DNA of 32,010 bases from Clostridia bacterium. GTDB taxonomy: Bacteria; Bacillota; Clostridia; CAKSNL01; HGM11501. A program made the position numbers and the translations under genes. Below, one piece after another: positions 22,173 to 30,019 of this stretch. The stretch is taken from contig JAZSAR010000216.1 of assembly GCA_045601965.1 (NCBI GenBank), positions 1 through 32,010 on the forward strand, written 5' to 3'. The notes under the pieces were generated by a model. It saw only the letters and a list, made by a program, of their open reading frames with translations. It ran no database searches and was not told the DNA's origin. How positions within the stretch are numbered: the first letter of the stretch is position 1; the number at the start of each line of letters is the position of its first letter.

Positions 22173-24562
22173 TTATATATCTCTTCTGCATAGCGGACAG
22201 CTTCCATAGCGTCCTTTGCGTATTTATCTGCGCCGATTGCTTTTGCATAATCTTCGGTTAAAACCGCACCGCCAACCATTACCCTGCAGGATGGTAATTC
22301 CCTGCGGATTAATTTTATTGTTTCCTCCATATAAGGAACGGTTGTGGTCATAAGAGCGCTTAAGCCAACGAGGGGCGCATTTTTCTCCTTTGCCGCACGG
22401 ACAATTTCCGAAGGCTCCACATCCTTACCAAGGTCTGTCACATCAAAGCCGTAGTTTTCAAGCAGAAGCTTTACGATGTTTTTACCGATATCGTGAATAT
22501 CTCCCTTAACCGTAGCAATTATAACGGGACATTTTTTATTCATATCGCTCTTTTGACTTTCCATTGCTTCCTTAACTTCAGAGAAAGCACACTTTGCAGC
22601 CTCCGCACTCATTAAAAGGCCGGGAAGATAAACCTTCTTTTCCTCAAAGCCCTTACCCACTATATCAAGGGCGGGGATGATTTCCTCTTCCACCACCGAA
22701 AGGGGTGCTTTTGTTTTAAGAAGCTCTTTTGTAAGACCCGATGCACTTTCCGTAAGCCCCTTGATTATGGCGTCGGAAAGAGCGGATGCACCTTTAAGCT
22801 TTGCATTATCGGCTTTTCCTGCCGTCTCCTCCATTTTATGATTTTCCGCAAAGGAAATATATTCCGTACAATTTTCGTCCATATCCGAAAGTGCCATATA
22901 TGCACGGTAGGTTCTCATCATAGGAATCGAGAAGGGATTCATAATTGCGGCGGAAAGTCCCTTTGAAAGCGCCATTGCGAAAAACGTCGCATTTATCCCG
23001 TCACGCTCCGGAAGCCCGAAGGATACATTTGAAACACCGAGTGAGGTGTGACATCCGAGCTTTTCCCTTATTATGTTAAGTGCCTTCAAGGTTTCCTTCG
23101 CGGCGGAGGAATCCGCACTTACCGTCATTGCGAGGGTATCAAAAATGATATCCTTTTTATCTATGCCGTATTCTTTCGCCTTTTTTATAATCCTTTCGGC
23201 TATCGCCACTCTGCCTTCGGCTGTTTCGGGAATTCCCTTTTCATCCAATGTGAGCGCAACTAAAAGTCCTCCGTATTTTTTTGCCAGCGGGAAGATTTTT
23301 TCCATACATTCTTCCTTGCCGTTAACGGAATTTATCATTGCCTTACCGTTGTAAAGCCGTAATGCCTTTTCCATGGCATCTGCATCCGATGTATCAATCT
23401 GTAACGGAAGATTTGTCACCGCCTGAATGGCACAAACTACCGATGTCAGCATTGCTCCTTCGTCAATTTCGGGAAGCCCGGTATTTACATCAAGAATTTT
23501 TGCACCTGCTTCTGCCTGCGAAAGTGCTTCCTTTAAGATGTAATCCATATCGTTTTCGCATAGTGCCTGCTTAAGCCGTTTTTTTCCTGTGGGATTTATT
23601 CTCTCCCCTATTAAAACAGGCTCATTTCCGAAATACACCGCATGGGTATAAGAGGATACCACCGTGAGGTTTTTATCTTCGATGGGCTTTGGCAAAATAT
23701 CCTTTGTTGCTTCCTTAAGCGCCCTTATATATTCCGGGGTTGTGCCGCAGCATCCGCCAACGATTCTTACACCCTTTTCGACAGCCTTTTTCATTTCTTC
23801 GGCAAATTCTAAAGGCGTCACATCGTAAACCGTTTTTCCCTCCACACTTTTAGGAAGTCCCGCATTGGGCTTTAATATAATTGGCGTTGATGCTACCTCA
23901 AGCATTTTTTCATATATGGGCTTAAGTGCCTCCGGCCCGAGCGAACAGTTCATACCGAATGCAGAAACCCCCATTCCTTCAAGCATTGCGCTCATAGCTT
24001 CGGGATTTGCCCCGGTCATTAAAAGTCCGTCTTCCCCGTAGGCGTTGGAGCAGAAAACAGGAAGATTTGAATTTTCCTTTGCCGCGAGGACTGCCGCCTT
24101 GGTTTCATAGCTGTCATTCATTGTTTCAATCATTATCAAATCCGCACCGTATTTTTCGCCAAGTGCCACGGTTTTTGAAAAAACCGAAACCGCTTCCGAA
24201 AACTCAAGGTCTCCGTAAGGCTTTAAGAGTTTACCCAAGGGGCCTATGTCAAGTGCCACATATTTTTCGTGGCCGCATTTTGCCTCATCTCTCGCCTCTT
24301 TTGCAATTTTGATTGCCGAAGCAATTATTTCTTCAAGCTCGTCATCTGAAAACTTAAGACTATTTGCACCGAAGGTGTTGGTATTTACAACATTGCTTCC
24401 CGCCTCAAAATAGTCCTTGTGGATTTTCTTTATCACATCGGGGTGGATTATGTTCCACCTTTCGGGAAGCTCCCCCGGTTTAAGGCCTTCCTTTTGTAAA
24501 AGGGTGCCCATTCCGCCGTCAAGATATAAAATATTGTCCTTTATATAATCAAGTATTTTCAT
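22169..24562 (-). CDS. metH: cobalamin-dependent methionine synthase, short form (797 aa) lacking the AdoMet reactivation domain
   Basis: It has a homocysteine S-methyltransferase domain (LDGGMGT.., GGCCGTTPEYI), a pterin-binding domain and a B12-binding domain (GDIHDIGKNIV = DxHxxG, then SALMTTT and VGGAV). RBS AAGAGGA. The start lies 1 nt after the metF stop. Confidence 0.93.
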   Translation of the reverse strand: MKILDYIKDNILYLDGGMGTLLQKEGLKPGELPERWNIIHPDVIKKIHKDYFEAGSNVVNTNTFGANSLKFSDDELEEIIASAIKIAKEARDEAKCGHEKYVALDIGPLGKLLKPYGDLEFSEAVSVFSKTVALGEKYGADLIMIETMNDSYETKAAVLAAKENSNLPVFCSNAYGEDGLLMTGANPEAMSAMLEGMGVSAFGMNCSLGPEALKPIYEKMLEVASTPIILKPNAGLPKSVEGKTVYDVTPLEFAEEMKKAVEKGVRIVGGCCGTTPEYIRALKEATKDILPKPIEDKNLTVVSSYTHAVYFGNEPVLIGERINPTGKKRLKQALCENDMDYILKEALSQAEAGAKILDVNTGLPEIDEGAMLTSVVCAIQAVTNLPLQIDTSDADAMEKALRLYNGKAMINSVNGKEECMEKIFPLAKKYGGLLVALTLDEKGIPETAEGRVAIAERIIKKAKEYGIDKKDIIFDTLAMTVSADSSAAKETLKALNIIREKLGCHTSLGVSNVSFGLPERDGINATFFAMALSKGLSAAIMNPFSIPMMRTYRAYMALSDMDENCTEYISFAENHKMEETAGKADNAKLKGASALSDAIIKGLTESASGLTKELLKTKAPLSVVEEEIIPALDIVGKGFEEKKVYLPGLLMSAEAAKCAFSEVKEAMESQKSDMNKKCPVIIATVKGDIHDIGKNIVKLLLENYGFDVTDLGKDVEPSEIVRAAKEKNAPLVGLSALMTTTVPYMEETIKLIRRELPSCRVMVGGAVLTEDYAKAIGADKYAKDAMEAVRYAEEIYK

Positions 24563-24563
24563 T

Positions 24564-25463
24564 TTAATCCTCTTTTAATATCGCGGAAAGATTTTCCTGA
24601 ATTTTTGCTGCAACATAAGGCTTATTCATAGAATAAACGTGCACGTTCATAATGTTATTTGCATAAAGGTCGATTATCTGATCCGTCGCATAGGCAATTC
24701 CCGCCTGACGCATTGCATCGGGATTATGCCCGAACTTATCGACAATGCTGATAAAGCGGCGGGGCATAAACGAACCCGAAAGCTTTATGGCACGCTCCAC
24801 CTGATTTGCATTGGTTATGGGCATAATGCCCGCAATTACGGGAACGGTGATGCCCGCCTCCCTTATTTTATAAAGGAAGTTATATAAGAGATTGTTGTCA
24901 AAAAACATTTGGGTGGTTAAAAACTCAAGCCCCGCATCCACTTTTTCCTTTAAGTACTTTATGTCGTCCTTCTGATTTAAGCTTTCGGGATGCACCTCGG
25001 GATAGCAGGCACCGCCGATGCAGAAGTCGCTGCCGCATTCTTTAAGTTCGCGAACCAGATCAACGGCGTTTTTATAGTGCCAGGAGGATTTATCGCCTGC
25101 CTTAAGCTCATCCGTAAGGTCTCCCCTCAGGGCAAGTACATTTTCAATCCCCGCTTTTTTCATATCCGAAATTCTTTCGCGAACAGTTTCCTTTGTGGAT
25201 GAAACACAGGTAAGATGTGCAATCATTGACACACCGTATTTTTCCTTTATGCTTTTAGCAATATCAAGAGTATACTTGCTTGTACCGCCGCCTGCACCAT
25301 AGGTCACACTCATAAAGGAAGGGCGTAGACGGGCAATTTCCTCAGTAGCCTCTTTTACACTTTCAAATGCCGTATCGGTTTTCGGAGGGAAAACCTCGAA
25401 GGATAAGCGGGGCTTTTCACTTTTCAGTATTTCTCTAAGCTTCATATTATCAGCTCTTTTCAT
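24564..25463 (-). CDS. metF: 5,10-methylenetetrahydrofolate reductase
   Basis: MetF-family pattern: LSFEVFPPKTD..., VTYGAGG, LTC and LALRGD. The start is ambiguous: ATG at 25463 has no RBS, while ATG at 25445 (MKLREIL..) has a weak AAGAG RBS. Confidence 0.88.
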   Translation of the reverse strand: MKRADNMKLREILKSEKPRLSFEVFPPKTDTAFESVKEATEEIARLRPSFMSVTYGAGGGTSKYTLDIAKSIKEKYGVSMIAHLTCVSSTKETVRERISDMKKAGIENVLALRGDLTDELKAGDKSSWHYKNAVDLVRELKECGSDFCIGGACYPEVHPESLNQKDDIKYLKEKVDAGLEFLTTQMFFDNNLLYNFLYKIREAGITVPVIAGIMPITNANQVERAIKLSGSFMPRRFISIVDKFGHNPDAMRQAGIAYATDQIIDLYANNIMNVHVYSMNKPYVAAKIQENLSAILKED

Positions 25464-25477
25464 ATATTTTAATTTTT

Positions 25478-25506
25478 ATAATAGCATAAAAGCCTTTATT
25501 TTGCAA
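25478..25506 (-). promoter_or_regulatory. sigma-A-type promoter of metF-metH
   Basis: On the minus strand: TTGCAA (25501..25506), a 17-nt spacer, then TATTAT (25478..25483). Confidence 0.45.
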
Positions 25507-25507
25507 T

Positions 25508-25541
25508 AAAAAAATACTGCGGATAATAAATCCGCAGTATT
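25508..25541 (-). terminator. rho-independent terminator of the 25546..27093 gene
   Basis: An 11-bp stem, AATACTGCGGA (25513..25523) with TCCGCAGTATT (25531..25541), is followed on the minus strand by a T run. Confidence 0.75.
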
Positions 25542-25545
25542 AAAA

Positions 25546-27093
25546 TTATTTCTTAATAACGATTGCCTGCTCAGCCTGGTTCCATTCGCAGTTGATGCCA
25601 AGAACCTTTGTAAGGAAGATAACAGGAACTGTTGCGCTTCCGTCAGCAGCTGTATGAGTGGGCTTTGCAAGAAGAAGTCTTACGCCATTTGAAGCAAGGT
25701 AGTTTGAGTTCTTCTTGAAGTTGTATGTTACGCCGCCGTATGTAACTGTGATATCATCACCGGATTCAGCATAGGAGCCGCCGAGAGCTTCCATAGTATA
25801 CTTGAAGGGAAGCATTGTTGCACCGCCTACGATGTAGGGAGCTGTTACTGTTCCTGCTGTGCCGTTTGCATTTGCACTGGTGTTTCCGAGCTTAAGAACG
25901 ATTTTGCCGGAACCGGGAGCTGTATCAGCAGTTGTTGTTGTCTTAACTATCTGTGTCTGAACTACTGTCTCAAGGGGGCCGAAGAAATCAACCTCGGCTG
26001 CCATACAGTATCTTGAGCTTTCTTCAATGATAACTCTTACAGCCTTAACTGTTACGTTTTTACCGAAACCGAAAATTCTTTCCTTGGGATCGTTGCCGGA
26101 ATATGTATTAACAGCTGTGCAGCCTTCAACATACTTCTTACCGTCTGTGGAGTACATAACTCTTACCTTTAACCAGTAACCGCCGGTGCTGTCCTGTCTG
26201 GGAGTGTAGCTGATACCGGAGATTTCTGTCTTCTTTGTGAATGTAAAGTCAAGTGTGAAGGGAGCCTGGTCATAGCCTGTGATTGTGGAACCGGATGCTG
26301 TATACGCACTGTGCCAGTAGGTCTTTATATCACCGTCAAGCATCTTGGGAGAAGATCCGCCCTGACCGTCACTTGACGCCTTTACGGAAATACCGCTCTT
26401 GTCAATCTTATCGCCGACTTTCTGTACAGCCGTTGTCTTTGTAACGCCTGCCTGAGGTGTAGCAGGAGCAGCGGGAGTTGCAGGAGCAGCAGGAGTTGCG
26501 GGCTTTGCTGCGCCCTTCTGGTTTGAAACAGTCTTTGCTGCAGCTTCATCTGTGATTAAAGCTATTTCACCGATTTCCCATTCGCCCCAGTTATCATTGC
26601 TCTTCTGAGAAGAAAGAGAAATGTACTTGGCTGTGATTTCTTTTCCGAAATAATAATCATCAAACCAGAACTGATCGTTTGCGCTTCTTGTGTTTGCAAC
26701 ATCTGTCCAGGTTTTTCCGTCAGAAGAAATCTTTACAAGAAGAGTTTCTGCTCGTCTGTGATCCTTGCCGTTCATGTTGGGGTCAGAGTGTGTGCCCTCT
26801 GCGCCGGCAACACAGCTCTTACTCATCCACGCACGGATACCGGAGAATTTCTGCTCAGTGCCTAAATCAAACTGGATTGTACCCTTAAGCTTTGCACCGA
26901 AGTCATTTCTTGTTCCGTCAACAAGATTAGCGGTGGTGCCTGCATATGCGCCCTTTTCTCCGCCTTCATATGTAATTGTTGCGCCTGTTATCTTCTTTGC
27001 GCCCTTCATATCTTCTGTGCCGATTTCAGCAGCAAATACGGATGCGCTCATTATCATAACAAGTGCTAAAATTAATGCTAAAGTCTTTTTCAT
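25546..27093 (-). CDS. secreted protein with two discoidin modules (one A-type, one B-type), a Pro/Thr/Ala linker and a C-terminal Cu-amine-oxidase-N-like domain (515 aa)
   Basis: RBS AGGAGG and signal peptide MKKTLALILALVMIMSASVFA-AE. Module 1 reads ..QFDLGTEQKFSGIRAW...SSDGKTW...AKYISL..NDNWGEWEIGEIALI. The linker is PATPAAPATPAAPATP. Module 2 reads LDGDIKTYWHSAY...ISGISYTPRQD..STDGKKY..AAEVDFF. The C-terminus is ..APYIVGGATMLPFKYTMEALG....VPVIFLTKVLGINCEWN. Confidence 0.9.
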   Translation of the reverse strand: MKKTLALILALVMIMSASVFAAEIGTEDMKGAKKITGATITYEGGEKGAYAGTTANLVDGTRNDFGAKLKGTIQFDLGTEQKFSGIRAWMSKSCVAGAEGTHSDPNMNGKDHRRAETLLVKISSDGKTWTDVANTRSANDQFWFDDYYFGKEITAKYISLSSQKSNDNWGEWEIGEIALITDEAAAKTVSNQKGAAKPATPAAPATPAAPATPQAGVTKTTAVQKVGDKIDKSGISVKASSDGQGGSSPKMLDGDIKTYWHSAYTASGSTITGYDQAPFTLDFTFTKKTEISGISYTPRQDSTGGYWLKVRVMYSTDGKKYVEGCTAVNTYSGNDPKERIFGFGKNVTVKAVRVIIEESSRYCMAAEVDFFGPLETVVQTQIVKTTTTADTAPGSGKIVLKLGNTSANANGTAGTVTAPYIVGGATMLPFKYTMEALGGSYAESGDDITVTYGGVTYNFKKNSNYLASNGVRLLLAKPTHTAADGSATVPVIFLTKVLGINCEWNQAEQAIVIKK

Positions 27094-27129
27094 ATAAGTT
27101 TCCTCCTATTATGCATTATGGTATAGTAT

Positions 27130-27160
27130 ATTATAGCACAACAAGTCCCTTTTTCACAAT
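27130..27160 (-). promoter_or_regulatory. candidate extended -10 promoter of the 25546..27093 gene
   Basis: On the minus strand: TTGTGA (27155..27160), a 19-nt spacer, then TGcTATAAT with the -10 hexamer at 27130..27135. Confidence 0.4.
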
Positions 27161-27231
27161 CTTTTTTTCTGTTTTTTCTTCTCTTTTCCCGCTTTTCGTC
27201 ATATTGCACAAACCAAAGCCTGCTATTTTGT

Positions 27232-27267
27232 GAAAAATTACACCCGCAACAGCTGTGCGGGTGTAAT
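27232..27267 (-). terminator. rho-independent terminator of the 27274..30006 gene
   Basis: A 12-bp stem, ATTACACCCGCA (27237..27248) with TGCGGGTGTAAT (27256..27267), is followed on the minus strand by TTTTT. Confidence 0.75.
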
Positions 27268-27273
27268 TCATAC

Positions 27274-30006
27274 TTATTTTTCTATGGTAATTGTCTGTGT
27301 TGCGCCATCCCAGCCTACTGTGTATCCGAGACGCTCGGATACAAATCTTAAGGGAATGAAGGTTCTGCCGTTTTCAATTCTGGGTGCAACGGGAGAGGTA
27401 TATCTTATGCCGTTTACCCATACACGGTTATTTTCAATCTGAAATTCGATGGCTGTTCCTTCGGCTTCCACGGTGATTTTCTTGTTTTCGCCGTGCCAGG
27501 TAACTTCAGCTCCCATCTCCTCAAAGAGACCGCGAAGGGGAATCATTGTTGTTCCTTCAACAATAAAGGGCTCAACATCTATAGTCTTTACTCTGCCCTC
27601 TTCGCCCTTTGTTACCCTGATATCCTTTGAGCCTATCTGAAGAGTATAGCATTCCTTTTCCCCGGAAAGGCGGGCAAGCTGATCATTTTCGCTTTCATAA
27701 AACTGAACGTCCGCACAGGTGGCGTGGGCACTTGCCTTGCTGCCTCCGTCATTGGTTGTAACTAAGATGTCTATGCGGAAATATCTTGTGGTAATAGGCT
27801 CATAGAAGGGAATCCTCATAAAGTTGAAGGACTTATACTGGGTGGGGTTAAGAACAAAGCTATCCACAAAGTCATAATTTTCTCCGTCCGCTGATGTGCT
27901 TATTTCAAACTCAACCCAGTGTCCGCTTAAGAATCCCTGACCTCTGGGCATAAAGCCGAAGCCCGAAAGAGTGTATTCCTTTCCGAGGTCATACTCAAGA
28001 TAAGCGGGCATTACCTTTTTATTGAAGCCCTCAGTTGAGCCGTCCTCGTTTCTGTACTGAGTGTGCCATACGGAATATTCATTCCGGTCAATGGTCTTGA
28101 TTGCAGTTGAGTGCATATCGTTGGCGTTTTCAAAGGGATAGGGCTGTTCGCTACTTGCCTCTACCTTAACCTCGCTTCTGTCTATGGGAAGCATTTTATA
28201 GTCGCCGTAGTTATCTCTCATTTCCGCCACAGTTACTGTCTCTTTATAAAGAGTGGGCTTAAGCACGCGGATTTCCGATGCAACGGCATAGTTACTCATA
28301 GAGTCCACAATAACAAGCTTTATTGCCTTTGCTTTAACATTTCTGCTCATTACAAGCTCGCAGGGCGTTCTTCTCTGGTCCTTTGTTGTGGTTCCGCCGT
28401 AGGAGAAGGTGAAATCCTCAACCGCGGGATAGAAGTTTTCGCCGTCATCAGACACATATAAGCTTACGATTTTGAATATACCCGCACTGCTCTGGGATTC
28501 GTCTCTCGGGTAATATCTGATACCGGAAACCTCGGTTTCCTCCGGGAAGGTTATGATATAGTCAAAGGGGTTCATATCATGGGAAACAATTGTTCCGTTC
28601 TCAACCACATAAGCAGAATGCCAGAAGGTTTTAAGATCGCCATCCATAGCAAGCTCCGGCTTTGTCATTGCGCTGGATGCTGTTACCTTCCAGTCGGATT
28701 CGGGGGTCATTTCATCCTCTTCATACTCTGCCTTTGCCGTTTCTGTGGGCTTTGTTTCTTCCTTGGTTTCTTCCTTTTTACCGGAGGCTGATGCTCCGCC
28801 GATTCCTGTGGTTGCATCAAATTCCGTTGCGGTAAGCTTAACAGATGATACCTCGGCTGTCTTTAATTTTTCGTCACTCTTAAGGAGTGAAAGCTCTGCC
28901 ATTGTGCCGAAATCGCTGACGCCTTCGGTAATTATAAGCCTTACAGATTTCACCTTTACGTTGGAATCAAACTTAACTGTTCTTCCTGTTTCACGGTCGG
29001 AAAATGAAGGGTTGTAGGAAAGCTTTACATCACCAAGCTTTGTATAGTTTGCACCGTCAGAAGATATTTCAATCCCCATTTCCTTAACAACACCTGCGGT
29101 GCTTCCGCCAAGTCTGGGATAGTAGCGGATACCGGAAATTTCCGTTACCGAAGGAAGGGTAAGCTCGAATGTATAGGGCAGGGGGTCCTTTTCCGTAATG
29201 GTTGAGCCTTCTGCCTTATAGCCAGAATGCCAGATGGTATCAATGTTTCCGTCAATGGCGTTTTCTGCCTTCTGTGCTATGCTGGAAGCAGAGACTGTCC
29301 AGCCGGATTTATCGGTAATTTCGTCCTTTACCTTACCGCTGTCGGCACCTGCACCGCCAACTGCCGCAGAGCCTGTTTCCTTTGCGATATTCTGTGTTTC
29401 AACTCCGTTCTCCGTTGCGGGGATTACGGTTTTTGCAAGCTTAACAGATTTCACATCTGCGCTTGAAAGACTATCCTTCTTTTTAAGAAGGGAAAGCTCT
29501 GCCATTGTACCGAAATCGCTGTAACCCTTTATTACGTCAAACTTAAGGGACTTTATCTTTACATTTTCCGTAAAGTCAACGGTTTTTCCTCCCTCACGGT
29601 CGGAATATGCGGGATTGTACTGAAACTTAACCTGTCCCATTTCGGTGTAGTTTTCACCGTCTTCGGAAATGTATACTATGATATCGTAAAACGTACCTGC
29701 CACACTTCCGCCAAGACGGGGGTAATAACGAAAGCCCGAAACCTCGGTTACATCGGGAAGTGTAAGGGTAACTGTATAGGGCATGGGGTCCTTTGCCGTA
29801 ACCTGACCGCCCTCTGCGGTGTAGCCCGAATGCCAGATGGTGTCTAGATTGCCGTCGATGGCGTTTTCGATTTTCTGAATCTGGCTTGTTGCCTTGATAA
29901 TCCATCCTGTTTTTTCGATTTCGTCATCCGACGCAAAGGCTGTAAGGGCGAAAACAGATGAAAGAATTATTGATAATGCGAATATTAAAGATAATATTTT
30001 TTTCAT
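27274..30006 (-). CDS. secreted protein with four discoidin modules and a C-terminal Cu-amine-oxidase-N-like domain (910 aa); paralog of 14529..17012
   Basis: RBS AAGGAGGCGG and signal peptide MKKILSLIFALSIILSSVFALTAFA-SD. The pattern (I/M)DG(N/D)..T.WHS.Y ... SG(F/I)RYYPR ... S.DG.N(Y/F) ... E(L/I)..L occurs four times. The C-terminus (PFIVEGTTMIPLRGLFEEMGAEVTWHG...TFIPLRFVSERLGYTVGWDG) aligns by eye with the 827-aa protein. Confidence 0.9.
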   Translation of the reverse strand: MKKILSLIFALSIILSSVFALTAFASDDEIEKTGWIIKATSQIQKIENAIDGNLDTIWHSGYTAEGGQVTAKDPMPYTVTLTLPDVTEVSGFRYYPRLGGSVAGTFYDIIVYISEDGENYTEMGQVKFQYNPAYSDREGGKTVDFTENVKIKSLKFDVIKGYSDFGTMAELSLLKKKDSLSSADVKSVKLAKTVIPATENGVETQNIAKETGSAAVGGAGADSGKVKDEITDKSGWTVSASSIAQKAENAIDGNIDTIWHSGYKAEGSTITEKDPLPYTFELTLPSVTEISGIRYYPRLGGSTAGVVKEMGIEISSDGANYTKLGDVKLSYNPSFSDRETGRTVKFDSNVKVKSVRLIITEGVSDFGTMAELSLLKSDEKLKTAEVSSVKLTATEFDATTGIGGASASGKKEETKEETKPTETAKAEYEEDEMTPESDWKVTASSAMTKPELAMDGDLKTFWHSAYVVENGTIVSHDMNPFDYIITFPEETEVSGIRYYPRDESQSSAGIFKIVSLYVSDDGENFYPAVEDFTFSYGGTTTKDQRRTPCELVMSRNVKAKAIKLVIVDSMSNYAVASEIRVLKPTLYKETVTVAEMRDNYGDYKMLPIDRSEVKVEASSEQPYPFENANDMHSTAIKTIDRNEYSVWHTQYRNEDGSTEGFNKKVMPAYLEYDLGKEYTLSGFGFMPRGQGFLSGHWVEFEISTSADGENYDFVDSFVLNPTQYKSFNFMRIPFYEPITTRYFRIDILVTTNDGGSKASAHATCADVQFYESENDQLARLSGEKECYTLQIGSKDIRVTKGEEGRVKTIDVEPFIVEGTTMIPLRGLFEEMGAEVTWHGENKKITVEAEGTAIEFQIENNRVWVNGIRYTSPVAPRIENGRTFIPLRFVSERLGYTVGWDGATQTITIEK

Positions 30007-30019
30007 TTTTTCCGCCTCC

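Noticed and set aside
26462-26497. 18-bp tandem repeat (gcaggagcagcNggagtt, two copies) as a possible phase-variation tract.
   Set aside because: It stays in frame and simply encodes the PATPAA-type Pro/Thr/Ala interdomain linker. Copy-number change would only alter the linker length.
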